From Trichoplax adhaerens (taxonomy: Eukaryota; Animalia; Placozoa): DNA of 64,000 nucleotides. The DNA lies in the NCBI RefSeq assembly GCF_000150275.1, contig NW_002060949.1, forward strand, positions 2,725,836 to 2,789,835. Direction: 5' to 3'. Below are positions 39,686 to 54,800 of the stretch, one piece after another (within the stretch, counting starts at the first letter, position 1; each line of letters starts with the position of its first letter). The translations under genes were made by a program, and so were the position numbers. Under the pieces are notes generated by a model that saw only the letters and a program-made list of their open reading frames with translations, did no database searches and had not been told where the DNA came from.

Positions 39686-42600
39686 AGAATAGCAAACTAT
39701 TCTACTAGAAGAAATATTTCATTTTATAATCGAATCATTGCCCAATGTACACTATACAGCCATTTGTGTATGTCTTAAAGTGATTAAACGGAGATGAATG
39801 AGGATAAAGAACCACTCTACTATAAAAAATCTTCTATTTAATATTAATTTAAATGTAGACAGAAGTAGGGTTCGTCTATATGTTCATGAATACCTTTATA
39901 GAAAGATTCGTCAACTTGGGAATAAATACCTACTATTCATCACCATCGAAGTAGATAGATCGCAAGCCAGCCTGCTAACGAAATTATCACTGATGTGACT
40001 TTGATCTAGTATGGCCGCTATGATAGCTATGACTGCAAGAGGGAAAATTTACTTGGTAGTAGTATACTATCCGCTCTTCCTAAACCATTTCTTTTGAGTA
40101 AAGTTTCTATAAATCTAGAAAATTTGAATTTGAAAAAGCTTAAGCTTCTTGGGATCTTTCGTTTTAATTCAATTTTGTTCATCCGAATTGAATAAGATGT
40201 GTTGTAATTTCTACTGCTATTGTATTTTCTGACCATAATTTTGATGAACATTTCAAAGTTAACTGCGATTTCTATTTATTTCAAAGTCGTAGATAATCGC
40301 AGTAATCACGAAATTTTATCATAATCAACGAAGTTGATACTTTTAAATTACTTGAAATGTATGGGTGCACTGTATATATTTATGTAACATATACCATTTT
40401 TTCTTCGCTTGCTTTTTCCACCTTCATTAATGTCATTTTGTTCATAATATTCTACTTTTCCTACTACGCCCCATTTAGTTTTGTTGATTAATATTTTTCA
40501 ATAACCTTTTCAATTTAAACTGATAGAAATTCGGTACTTACCAACATTAATAAACTTAATTAATTAAGTCAGCGAAAATAAAATTTAGATAAGTTTTCAA
40601 TTGTGAAGATCAGTATTAATTAATCAATGGTAAACCATAAAGTCTACGCAAATAATTATAAAAAGACAAAATTTTATGCTTCATTGACAAGAAAAAAATC
40701 ATTCATTTTCCATAGCTAAATTTTCTGTAATATTGACTATCTATAATTTTGCTCTGGTACTACTTATTGCTTGTGTTTGAAATGAAATTTTATGCTATTC
40801 TATGTCACACAGTAGAAATAAACTAGACCTTAATTAGTTTCGATTCGGAATAGTCTTTCTTTCTTGAGTTTGACGAAGATATAATTAAAAACATGCCGTA
40901 CTAAGCTATTTTTCATTTTCAACTCTTGGCATTTTTCTTAAATTTTAATATAGTTTGAAATAGTTGTAACAGCGTAGCAGATAGCTCATTGCCATTTTCA
41001 AGACATCATCATCTTATCGCCATTAATTATTAACAGCTGAACTAATAGAAAAATTCTCGAAAAAAAATACTGTTATTTCTAGCTACAATATATTGCTAAA
41101 GACAAAATAATAGTTGTAGAATAAGAATAAAAATTACATGTCACAAATTGCCTATTTTAAATTAACTAACTAACTGTAAATTAGTTTACTCTAATCAGCA
41201 GCTTCAAATTGTTTAGCAGCGTAGCTGCTATCACAAGGTAGAAAAGTTACCGGTAGTACCAATCGCTTACAAGACGTTATTGAGGTTTTATTTTTCATAA
41301 GGCTACGAAATCAAAATTTCATTGTAGTTCTAACACATTTCTAATATTTCCATGCCGATAGAGATCATTTATTGTAACGCAAATACTTCGTCATAGGTGA
41401 GAATCTATAACCAAATATGTCACTTCTTTTAACAACATCGTATACCTTTGTATTGGGTAGAGAGAGACCTTAGATCCATGAAATATTTACGCGTATATAA
41501 TGAAAAAATCTTTTTTGCAAAGTAGCAACGATTTTATTTAGGCGTTTGAATAAATTTTAAAATCACGATTATAATTAACATCTTTATTATGTATGTACAG
41601 AGGCATGCATGACTGCAATTTTCGATTATTGCTTTATATATGTATGGAAAGGAAATTGAAAAAGGTTATACGATTGAGATAACTTCATTTAGTCAAGATA
41701 GGGGTATCCTGAATTCAATCACTTACAATAAATTACTGTAGCTGCAGGGATATTTTTGTTTATTGCTAGCAGTTTTATCGCAATTAGAATGAATTTCATA
41801 TAATTTCATTGGGTTAATGGACGAGATTACGTTAAACATTGCAACAACAGTCTCTATCTATACCACAGCCAATAATGAAACGCTACTTAGTCGTATTTTG
41901 AAGTTTAAATACAAAAATCCCAATGGTAATCCATGAAAAGAAAGGTTTTTGTTTACGCTAATTATCTTTGCTAAATTGATGTAAGATCGATGGTTATTCA
42001 ATACACAATTTTGCGCCTATCAAAACTTGTAATTTAAAGCTAATTTATTTCAATACTATACTAAAGAATAGATTCTATTTTGAAAGTCAATCCTCAAGGT
42101 TATCATTTTTCAAAGATTTTATCACTTTATTCAATTGAAACACCAACAGAGAAATCTTAGATAAAGTGATAGACAGTTCAAATTGGCTATCTATATATTG
42201 TTTTAATACAAAATAGAAGCCTCTATCGTCTGAAAGCCTTTTCGAGCCTATATCACTAAACTACAGAAGTAAGAGTATACTTCATGTCAAAGGTTCAAAA
42301 TGGCACAGTAAAGATCTGTACAATAGCCTGTGCAGGATAATACGCCTACTGTCTTACTGAAATAACTGAAGTCATTTTTGTGCTTTATCATGCCTTTAGG
42401 AGAATAAAAGCTGCTGCATCCCAATCATACCATAGATTCACCAAGAAGTACAAAATTTCCTAGGTATTATGTTCTATACTTTGACGCACTTCCTAAATTA
42501 TGCCATCCTAATTACATGCATGAAGGAATAACCATGATCTAGGTACTGTAGCTTATGCCTATAGCATGCAGTGAAATTGAATTATTAATGTACGAGGCCA

Positions 42601-45600
42601 ATAATAAAATAACTCTTCTGTAGGTCTATTGTAAATTTCCAAGTATGAATTCTTTAATATCAGTGACGTGAGTCCAGTAGTGTTATAAATTTATTGGAGA
42701 TCAATCAATTAATTCATACTGATAGGCTTTCCCCGAACAATGGTACAAGATAATTAAATTGAAAAATTTTTCAACACTAATTTCAATGAATTATTAATTA
42801 ACATAATCAACACTATCACTCCTAAATACGTGATAAAAAATAAAAAATTATTCTTACCAATTGATGGAAGAAATATTAAGAAATCATAGATATTTTGTCT
42901 ATATCCAATTACCTTTTTTAACGGATAATTATTGAAAAGTTAACGGTGAAAATTTCAAATGGTTTGGTCCATTATCTAGTTTGTGTGATAATATGGCTAG
43001 TACGGTTCTTGCTCGATTGCCAGTATATCGTTATAAAGTACCAATCTAACGTGCAGTAATAGTAAAAGACTATTACTCGGTCATTGCATGCCCACTCTCC
43101 CTTATTTTATTAATTAATTATTAATAAAATCCAAGATGACTTGGTTATTTTACTACTAGTAATAATTTCGTAGATTTTAATTTATAGAGTGTTACCTAAA
43201 AGAAGCTTGATTATTTCTTTTCAAGTTCGCAAGTTTTAAAGGGAGCTCGGCTGTTTGGTTGGAGTATTAAATAGGTGCTATGAATTTGGCATATTGTGCG
43301 GTATGGAGGGGAAATCTTATTTATTCTCATATCTTTAATTATATATATTTTATTAATAAAATTTAAGATGGCTGGATCATCTGGTTAAAATTATACAATA
43401 AGAACAACAGAAGCAATATCAGGTTAAATACAGTATAAGTATAGTAGAACGGAAATGTTGTCTATGTTTCGCTTATTATTGCTGTTAGAGTTCAAGATAA
43501 CTTGACTATTAAATAATAAGATAATACTGCGACATTTACATCAAGCATAAGACGGCGCAGATAAATGAAATCAATGTAGCAATTATTAATATCAAGTTAA
43601 AAATCGTCGCATTTCGTATACCCGTATTTATTATATCGAGTACAATATGAGAGTGATGAATAGAACTATTATCAGTTTAGATGAAATTTAACATATTATT
43701 CCATTCTGCAACGACCTAAAACAATGATTTTCTAAGGTAATAGTCATTAGTTGCTTTGAAACACCTCTTTCATTATCCATTGACTAGATTCCTTCATATG
43801 GGTAATTAAGTAACAAAAACTGTCATAGCTTTACCGTATAACATCTTCCAGAGAAAATTTTACATTTAATATTCATATTTAATTTTCTTTCTTTCTTATT
43901 TGTGATCAAAATAAAAGTAGACAAGAACGCAGTTTTAAATAGCTAACTCACGAAATACTCCAAAATTTTAAATCCATTTACTCCTTCATTAAGAAACTTT
44001 CAAGAATTTACTCTCCTCCATTTTCCAGTTATTGGAGAAGTATTGTTGTTAAAGTATTGTAGCGGTACTGTAGCTTCTTTTACCCATACTAATACCAATC
44101 TGATCAATACAAAAGAAAGGGAAAGTCATAGCAATTCTGACCTGATTATAAGCCAATAGCAAGTAATATAGAAAAAGATAAGCTAGAAAGGAAATCTGCC
44201 CTTTTGTATATATATACTACCGGAATTTTACCGTAGTTTAAGATAGATCTATCTAGTTTACTGATAGTTTGAAATCAGTTCCTTCCGTGCCAAAATCATG
44301 ATGAGACATCAATGGCCTTTAGCTGTATAGTCTGTGATGGTGAATAGCAACTACATAGTAATTGTTCAGTTTTTACAGTTTGTTTAGTGTTGATTTGAGA
44401 ATAATTTGTCTTGTTGCTAACCGTTCTTCCTTAATTATAACAATTATAACGTAGACCGTTAAAAATTTCTTAGAAAAAGTTCCCTTACGAGTACTTGATT
44501 ATCATCAATACAATACAAATTTAGCTCGTGCTAGTAGAATAAAATCGAACTTGATTGAACGCATTTTTATAACCATAAAAGAAACCGGGCACATTAAGTA
44601 AATGAAACCGACGTGATTTTCAATGGCAATATTGATCCAATTGTATTCATATCTCTTATGACTACCTTTCATTAATCTATTCTAGGTTTCGGTAATGTAT
44701 TACCATCAACAGGATGTTGTATTTGTTTGAATGCAACTTTTAAATTCATAACCAAATCAAACATGGTTTAGAAAATCAGAAGTGCAGATAGAGTTAATAA
44801 ATAGTCAAAGAGTTTAAAAAGTATACTGTTAGCCCTGCTACTGTTGCATCTGTAAAACCCATTTCGTCGTTTCTACGATCTTGATGTTTAACCAGTGTGC
44901 ATACAGTAACGGTAATTATTCTGTAAATATGCTTACGCATCTTTCATGTAAATTGAATAGTAAATGAAATAAAAAATGCGATCGATATAAAGGTCTACGT
45001 CAATAGTATCGCCTCATGCAAGATAACACTAACACTATTTCACCTAAGGCAGTGCATTTAGGCAACTGGATTGCTATTGCAGCCCTAATAATACAAGCCC
45101 TGATATAGTTTTGCAAGATATAACGGAAAAGCTTATCTATATTCGGTTACTTTTTTATACAAAATTATTTGTTTTAGTAAAGTGGCATCGGTAACTCGAA
45201 AAACTATCGTATAGCATCTTCTTCGTTCTCGATATCAGCGTAGCCATTACGATTGATAAGTACATGTATATTGGATAACTGCTTGCGATTCTAATATAAA
45301 GTACTGTGGGCACCTTTACTACTGTATACGTGTATCTATCAACATAAATCTATTGGTTCTAATGGCAGGCATTACTACATTCGCTATTACTATCCATATA
45401 AGAAAATGATTGCAATTTATAACTATGACTACAATAAAAATGTCAATTTTTTAACTTGATGTAAAGGAGATTTTGAATTAAATGCATCTGTATTACTCGT
45501 AGCTTGCGTTTATGAAGATCTAAAGTAAATCAGAATGATTAGATATGTTTTTATAAATTATGAAAATAGTCTAGTACCTTGACATATTTGTGGATATAGT

Positions 45601-47898
45601 ATTATATTTGTATCGCATATGAGAAGCTAAGGAAGAATATTAGAACTTGTACTAGATTTAGGTGGAGGATGAATCCATCCATTGAAGGCGAAATACAGAC
45701 TCGCGTACCAACGGTGATTCCGAAATATAATTATCATGATGTATAAAATTAGATTCTATATGATACCCACTAGCAGATCCTTGCCTCATTAAGTATCAAC
45801 GGTGAGTATTAAAAACAGCTGTCTATAAATCTCCAATTCAATAGCAACCCTTTACTTATTCTAGCATAGCCTTAAATAGAAACAATAAATTTTTTAGATG
45901 AGTCATGATGTTTTAAATATGGCACTATGAAAAATGATACAAATAAAACCATCGCCAATAATTATAAAATTTCATGATTTAACTAAGAAATTCGAAAATA
46001 TTTGCGTAGACATAAAGCAAAATTTAGTATAATAAAATATTCTGTATTTCCCTTACAACTGATATTGACGACTGATAAATACCCTAGATTTCGTAAGTTC
46101 AGCTCCTGTCATAACTATTGTAATTTACATTAGAACAGCTGCACTGAAAATGTCAATTTTTGACTTTTAGGCTAGAAATTTCAGTTATTAACTATCAATA
46201 CAACCGAGAACCCTAGTCTGACATCAGCTAAGAATGACTTATTTACCTATACTGTCTTGCAGCATCTATGAATACTAATTCATATCACTAATACTAATAC
46301 TAATTCATATCGATCAACTGGGCTTAGATCATTAAACAGGATGCAATATTTGGTATCGTAAGATTGAGCAAACTAGTTTACTAAATTTATCATTTTTAAT
46401 TTTAGCTATTACGTTAACAAGAAGATAGTACCTTTTCTGATAATGCTACAGTAATATAGCTGGTGTCCTCTTTTTCTATCCAATATGATATACAATATAC
46501 CAGGTACCCTAAAGATGCCGTTAGTCACGCGGTGAGAAATGTACCTTATTGCTCTATTCTGAAGTAACATACTGTAGTTTACCATACCTAAATTATTTTT
46601 AGTGCAATTTGTTGCATAAGTTAGCAGTTAGAAACTTGCGCTATTTTAGACTTGCAGTACGCGCACGAACATACTTTCCATATATGTCTATAATCTACAT
46701 GTACTGTATAAATTACGATCAAAACCCGAATTTGACCAATTATAGGTTTGGTGTATGAATACATGCAGATGCTGAGAAATGAATTGATACTTTGCTATTT
46801 AAATTTAATTTAAGATCACTCTCATGAAACGAAATTTATATATTGCTTATTTTATTCAAAATCGTAGAAATGATAACTTGTATGCAAAAACAACTGCTAT
46901 TCAATTATAATATCATAATTAAATAAAATTTCTCTGAATACTTCCGTCTGTCATAGTAGCTATCATTAATCTCAGATGCCCTAATACCAAGCGATAGATT
47001 CGTTACCTTAGTTACTACCAAACAGCCCTATTCTTTTTTTATTAATTCTATTTCATGAGTAAAGGTAAGACACTTCAGTCACGACAGTAATAAATTGTAT
47101 TAAGGATCATAATGTCAATATCTATTACTTTCCATGGTAGATAACAGTGATTTGCAATGCAATTAAGCTGTAATAAAATTTTTAATTAGTCTATAAATCG
47201 GTATAGATTCAGTGCTCTGCATATATAATAAAACAATTGAAGAATAAATAACCCAAGTAAGATAATAATTTTTTCACACCAGCATGTCTTTATTCTATAC
47301 TAAAATTCTATTAAAAATAATAAATTGTAGGTTATGCTTTAATATTTATCAACGCTTCCATTTATCTGTTATCTGACGTTGGTTGAGAATGATACAATCT
47401 TAAAGTGAAATCGAAAATACAACTTAAATGTATTGGATAAATAGCAGATTAAGAAAAGATTTTATAAATGATAAACAATAAAAATATTAAGGGAAAAGCA
47501 TCTAATTTTGTAATTAAAATATTTTCGATGTTGACTCAATAAATACTACTTACAGTATATCCAAATTACTCCTTGTATACCCGTAACTACGCATATCGTA
47601 TGAATCATTACATGACTGAATATAACATCATAGTAAGATTAACATCTTTTAAATTTTCCATATCATCCAGTAGACATAAACAGAAGTAATTTAATCTACT
47701 AATGCAATGTAATATGACTCAATCGTGGAATGTAAAAACTACGATTTATCTGCTGGCAATATACAAATTACGTTTGCATTTTACCATATTGACAAAAATT
47801 TTAGAAATTTAAACAATATCCTGACCTTTTCAGTAGTACAGCAAACCTAAACTGCTTAATGATACTACTACAGCGTACTGGGCACGTTATTGGGTTGC

Positions 47899-47995
47899 CA
47901 TCTATCTCGAACTTCTTCTACATCAAATACTCATGAATAATTGATGTAGAAGAAGTTCGAGATAAATGACATCAATTACTCATGAGTAATTAATG
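47899..47995. repeat. 70-bp near-perfect palindrome followed by a partial duplicate of its centre
   Basis: TATCTCGAACTTCTTCTACATCAA (47903-47926) is the exact reverse complement of 47941-47964. Symmetry spans 47899-47968 with 3 mismatches. CATCAATTACTCATGAGTAATTAATG (47970-47995) repeats the centre and is itself palindromic. Confidence 0.9.
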
Positions 47996-50817
47996 CGCGT
48001 AAAATCATCAGCTATACCAAGTTGAGTTAATTTATACCAAAAATAACTCATACGATTGAAAAAATTTTTATTGCCACTGAGTAAATGATAAATTGTTATT
48101 GCATAAGTGATCTTATGCTAAACAGTATCGCTAATTTACATTGAGATAGAGTGGAATTAAAGAGAAATAAAATATGGATCTATCATTGTGCTACTACATT
48201 GCTTTCTTTCTTAAATTTATTTCATTTCTTTATTTCAATTTTATTTTTTCTTCATCATTTAATTAGTTACTAGAAGTATTTACTTGTAGTTAAGAATGTA
48301 CAGACAGTAATGAGTCCAGTACATATGAAAGAGAAGATAAATTAAAGTTTTATACGATATCTTAATTATTTAACCGTCTCCCTACCTTGCTCTCCATGTG
48401 GTACAGTCATTTACAGCTTTTAGATGATAAACATTTACAGTAGATAAAATAGAATATTCGTATGCTTTATGTTCTATATAGATTTTACATTAAAATTTTA
48501 GCATACTTACAGAAGGGTATAACTATTTTTATTCACATACTGTCTTCACTTTTAGCATCATATATATGATTTAATAAAATACCGTAAGTCGCTAATTTTC
48601 AATCTTTCGCATTGCCCTCTGTGATGGAGGGTTCAATATCTCGGAGGATTGAGATTTAGTTGCCATTTACAATTAGTGCACCAAAAGTTGTATAAAAGTT
48701 ATACTTTATTTTAAGTAGTAAAGTAAATACAGTGAGATAGTTACGGTAGACCAGCGTGCAAGCTGTCATGAGTAACGTGTGAAGACTAACCAGGAAACTA
48801 ACGATTTCTAAAGTGGAAAACGGCGGTATTTACAGTTTAAAGATAGAGTACATGCAGAGAATAGAATTGTAGAATTAGATACAACATATACCATAACAGG
48901 TTATAACATAGCTGATGATTATAGCAAACAGCGAGTACTGTAATAACTAAATACAGTAGCCTATATATGAATGTGAAGTAAGCGGACTGTAGATATGTCT
49001 AAATATAAGAGCAATACAACATGTCTATATTTAAGAGCAGAATATAGTTACAGTATATTCTAAATACACTACACCCTCTTATTCTAGCTTTAAATAAATC
49101 TTATAAGGATATTTTAAACTTATTAAGGCAATTAATATGATCGACTAAGACAAAAAATTCGAAACTACAATATAATATAGACTAAATTAAACTGACTATC
49201 TATACTTTGAGTTTATAGAGTTATTGTATCCTATTGAGATAAAGAGATACCGGTGATTACAGATAGCAATTATAGATCTTAGCATTTGTAAACATTGAAA
49301 CATAATTTCTTCTCGCCCAGAAGCTAAACATGATTCTTATCTTCAACACAATTAATGTAATAATTGGATGAGGACCATGGCTGATAAACTAAATGTGCAA
49401 TGAGTAATCTAGCATTATAACATACACATTGATTCATTTATCAAATGCTAAAAATTTTTATATTATTGAAATCGAATAAAATTTCACCGGTATTATAACA
49501 GAAAAAGAATATTAGCTGAGCCTCTACATCTATGACAATTAAAATTTGCGAATACATCACTTGCTTAAATTTAATAAGACTTTTTGTCAATGATTAAAAC
49601 ACCTGAAGATTAACAACAGAGGACAAAATTACCCAATTACTAAATATCAAGATAGAAATAGATAAAGTTTAAGATAATTAACATGCCATAATTCAGCTTT
49701 CTATTAAAATTTCTTGCAAACATATTAACTGTGCTATACCTAATAGTGCGTTACTTAAAAGGATGACTATGATTATTAACGTGATAATCCATATTCTAAG
49801 CATTGTAACTATAACTTTGTAAACATTAATTAAATGAACTATTGCTTAGAAGTCGACAATAAATTGAAGATATGGCACCAAATTAATTCTAGTAGCGATT
49901 GCCGTAAGCGGAGAGAATGCTTGCCTTTACTGTAGAAGTAAATTAAAAGCGGTGATTAGATAAGTTAGATAAAAGTCAATTATTCGAGGCAATTTGTCAT
50001 CTAGCCATAAAATATTCCTTAGTCTGAGTATCTTGCTGGATTAAAATAAAATGTTGATGTGAAGCACCTGAAAGTCTTAGGTTCATATCTGAAAATGGGT
50101 AATACGAGTAAATAGGAGCTCACCAGTAAATTTAAGTATCTTTCAACTTTCTATCTAGTTAATCAAGGGTATGATCATTTATAGACCATAATCGATGAAT
50201 TATGATATGAATTTGTGTGTCTTCCAGCCAAATATACGGAATATCAAACAAGGTCTATTTATAATTTTATGCTGTACCCAATAAATTTTCAATTACATTG
50301 TAGAATATCATTACATGCAAAGCACTATGGCGTCATTTCTTAGAAAAATATGAAACCATGAACATATCACCGGATGATACTATCTTGAATAATCAAAAAT
50401 TATAGAATTATTTCGTAATATACTTTATAATCAAAGAGGACTTGATATCATGTTTACCAACTCCGATAAACATGATGATAAATTGTTGTTGCACTTAAGA
50501 TGCCTTGTTTAGTAATTATATTTAGTAGACTAGACGGACTAGTCAATAATTATAGGCATAAATGGTATAATCTAGTTTAGTACAATATTTGCCAGAGTAA
50601 ATCAAGACTGTTAAGACTTTCAAAGCAATCGAGATGTACTAAATGATAAAATGGCGAAATATTTTTACTTTGATTGACGATATACAATTTTTATATGCTA
50701 AAGTAACATTTTAATACATCCTTAACCACTCATAAATTTATTTTAATGCTATCAGGCATGTCGAGATACTTATCAAATCAATTAATATAAAAGATGAGAT
50801 TACTATATCAGGATAGA

Positions 50818-51858
50818 TTATGCCGTTTTAGTCAAATCTAGTTTTAATTCTTCCTTACTATTATGATTAATTTTCGATGACGATGTTAATTGAACATAAT
50901 CGGAGGCGTGGAATGTAGAATGCTGACTTTCCGGGGCTATAGGAGCACTTCGATTACTGGAATGTTTACCCCAAATAATAATCAACATTATAAGGCATAA
51001 GATTAATTCTAAACCGCGCTGAATACTTTGGAAAGCCCACCATGGCCAGGCTTCAGCGTAGCGAACAGGAGATAATACACTATAAACGCCAACCATAGCA
51101 TAAATATGAGAAATACATGTTAAAAGAGATAGTATGGAGCAAGCGTAGATGGAATAAATTAAACGCTTTAGTGATTTATTAAAATCTTTGTCGTAGCCTT
51201 GAGCTTCAGTAACAAGATTGGTAGTAATTCTTTTCGCAGCAATAAAGTAACCAACCGAGAGGAACAGGTTGAAAACGATATAAGTTCCTTGGCAAACGAT
51301 CAATAAAACTTTGGCTTCCGTAAAGAATTGTACTAATAATTCAAGCAAGATGACAAATGCAAAATTAATGATAATGACGATGGCAATATTTCGACTTTTA
51401 TGAAAAAATGGCGGGGTCTTGTATTTTTTGGTAGTATCGAGCAACGCCAAGAGTAACATAGTAAATGCTGCAGTGAATGCTGGCAAACTTAATGCCCAGA
51501 GCAAGTGAAAAACAATTGGTAAAATAGACGGTCTTGATGCATAAGGGTCAATTAACAGAGCACAAGATCGAGTTAGTGCACATATTGCCAAATTAGAATA
51601 CAATGATAACGATAGTTGGCTATTTCTACCTCGATTTTGAAGTTTATCTTGGATTTTGAGATAAAGCAAATATAGACATGTCAATAAGATCATGATATAC
51701 GCTATCGATGTTAAATAAATGTGTATCGGCCATGCGGCTCGCCATTCTGGAATAGCTTCTGAGAACTTTGGAACAATTTCTGGCCAAGGAGCTAAACTGT
51801 TGTTTACTTCAGTTTGAGTCGCCCTCTTGTTTCTGAGTATATTCAAGTACAAATACAT
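50818..51858 (-). CDS. PRRT3/PRRT4-like multipass (about 7 TM) membrane protein; N-terminus uncertain
   Basis: 346-aa uninterrupted ORF with about seven hydrophobic segments and motifs typical of the PRRT3/4 TM region as I recall it: WRAAWPIHIY, TRSCALLIDPY, LSLPAFTAAF, AWPWWAFQSIQRGLEL. The first 8 codons may be intronic (acceptor ...atactcag at 51833), so upstream exons are possible. Confidence 0.75.
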   Translation of the reverse strand: MYLYLNILRNKRATQTEVNNSLAPWPEIVPKFSEAIPEWRAAWPIHIYLTSIAYIMILLTCLYLLYLKIQDKLQNRGRNSQLSLSLYSNLAICALTRSCALLIDPYASRPSILPIVFHLLWALSLPAFTAAFTMLLLALLDTTKKYKTPPFFHKSRNIAIVIIINFAFVILLELLVQFFTEAKVLLIVCQGTYIVFNLFLSVGYFIAAKRITTNLVTEAQGYDKDFNKSLKRLIYSIYACSILSLLTCISHIYAMVGVYSVLSPVRYAEAWPWWAFQSIQRGLELILCLIMLIIIWGKHSSNRSAPIAPESQHSTFHASDYVQLTSSSKINHNSKEELKLDLTKTA

Positions 51859-54800
51859 TTTTTACCCTTGATAGTATTTCTTATCGTGATTGCCACAAAA
51901 TACCGAAATAGTTAAGATTGAATTTATCAATAATAAAATAAATGAAAAATATCAGTTAATCTTGAAATTTATACTGGACGCAAGTTAAGTTATACTAAAG
52001 AGTTTCAATTTTATATTTCAAGTAACAAAATTCCAATGGCAATGCCACAGCGTCTTTTGAGACTACGTCCAAATAATTCGATGATTAGTAGGGTTTATAC
52101 CGAGGAAATCTTTCAATCTGTAAATGTTTCAAGCAAATTCTAGATGTAATAAGAATTGAACTATTACTTAGAGTATCGAAATCAACGTTAGCCAGGTATT
52201 CAAAGACAAAACCACCCTACAGTTGTAGCTCATTAATAATGATGCAGGCTCGATCAGAAATGGAAGTCTTATATCGCTTTCACGAGAATTATTAATAGCG
52301 TCTAGCTTTGATACAATAAGCGTATATAATTAATGATGGGTTGTCTTCGTAGAATAGATGATATTGATTCAATAACTGAGGTGATGTAAGTTGGTATACA
52401 AAACGATAAGATCATCTAATAGTCTGAGATTTACACATCAAACAAGCTTATGAAATCACTAGGCTGAATTTATCCTTTTTTAGAACATGATCTTTTTCTT
52501 CTTAATAATGTTTTGTTCTTTTTCAACTTGTACTCAATAGTCGCAGATGTTGGTCAGTAACGTCTCCAATTTATCATTTCAGGTAGTCATATCATTAATT
52601 AATAATCAAACTTTTATTTATGTCATGTATATTAACTACAATGATGACATCACCGTTATGTTTTGTCTTATTACCAAATAACAATAGCGATTGATTCATT
52701 AGTTAATAACTTGAACAATTCAATTGTCTTCTATTGTTAGATTGGAAGGCACCAAGTGTTGTAGAGAGGATAGCAATCACTCAGCCCAATCTATACGCAA
52801 TGCTATAATCGCTGGCAAGTTATAATTAATCAGTACATTTTTCACGTAGTTTAATAGGCAACTACCGTGACCTCTCTTTCATTGAATCAAAACCAACGGT
52901 ACTACCCACTTAATTGGCTGAAGGAGGCATTCATTTACATCGACATTTTTTATTGATATTTGTTAATATTGATTAACTAATTATATGGATACTGACCCCT
53001 CAAGTTGAACGGTTAGTGGAGAAAATATACAGTTGATTAGACACGCCCGAATAATGACAGATTTTTGTTATTCATATGTTCATCGATTGCGCCGCTATCC
53101 AAACGATTTTCTCATCGTCGATTGAAATAGTTGTTGTTAGGTCTTATTTTAATTGATAAATGTCTATTTCATACTTATTCTATATTTACTTAATCAATCC
53201 AATACTTTTAAACCTTCCTCATTATGGTAAATTTATGGAATGTGCCCTATTGAATTCGGTTAAAGTTTACGCAATAGTAGCAGATAAATCACAAATACTA
53301 ATTATATTATAATTGATATTTATATACCCTAATGGCGAACTAAGCTCAGACTTAATGCACTAAGTAGTAGTTTCAGTATTGGGTCTATAAATTGATAGAA
53401 AGACTTGCAATATTGTTCATAAAAATAACTAGTTGTCAACGGATTCTTAGATATTTATCCATATATCTTGCCAAATCAAAAAGAGATTATAATTTAATGC
53501 CAGCATTGTTAGATAAACAGATTTCTGGTAATGGCCAATAAATTATAAATTCATTTCCTTTACACAGATACCCCAGATTTAATTGCAATCTGGTATTTTT
53601 GTTCCATCGGATGTTAATTACCCTAGTTTTCGTATTACGACTGGAATACAAAAATAAGGAAGCTACTTATAAACGTAATAGAGCATACAATTTTATTCTT
53701 AACTCTTATTGTCACTAATGATTTCATTAAATAGCAAAGATAAAAAATTACATTCTTATACTAAAGATATTAATAACAATATTCTAGAACTACTTGGATG
53801 TGCGCTTATCTGGTAATACTTCTATCCATACCTATTTTACCGATTTAAAAACACGATAATCTCGTAGTAATTTTTCAAACAGACATGAGTATGATAAGTA
53901 GCTGAAGTTACTATCGTAAATCATATCTATTATAGTACTAATTTACATAGGAATATTGATAACTGTAGGATAATTGCACAGAGGAAGCATTATTTATTCC
54001 AATGACGATTATTAATGATCAGTTAAGTTACAATTAATCACATCATGTAGACTTAAACAAGTGAGATGGCTTTAATTTCTTATTAATGTTAGCATGCGCA
54101 TATTATATTCCTTTTCTATAGCCAGCTTGAAAAATTTTATACTATTCGTTGGCATTCTTGAACTAGCAGCAATAGGATCGTCCATGATCAAATTTCTTAC
54201 GGTAGAATTTAAACTTCTTTTTCATATATTTTTATTTAACAAACTTTGTCTCATAAGATCAATTCCAAATATTCTAGGCCATTTATAGATTAAACTAAGA
54301 TATAGTTTTTATAATTGTTAATGATATTGTTTATATCGAGCTTGTACTGCATTAAAATGATTATCTTTGACAAATTTGAGGCTCATTTGTGATGCTTTGC
54401 TTTACAAACTATTTAAACAGTTTTAATTGAAGGTACAGTTCGGTAACTATGTATATTTAGTCGAGGTATCTTGCAATAGTAAATTTACCTTGCTGTTCTT
54501 GCTAATAATATAGGTCTCAATAATACATAATTAATATCACATTGCCACAACCAAGGTTATGACACAAAGGGATAATATGAAATACGTAAGTGCGCTTTTC
54601 CTTTATTGATCTAGCAAATCTACCACGTAGCTATTGATTATAACTACCCTTCTAATACTTCTTTCAGTCCTGATATTATTGGTACTACTCTATTATTCCA
54701 CGGATAATTCTTTGATCAACGCGTGCAACTTTACATTTAACTAGCTATTATAGCTCAATTCAGCATCATTCAACTAGTCAATTACTCAAATCGGTACTAT

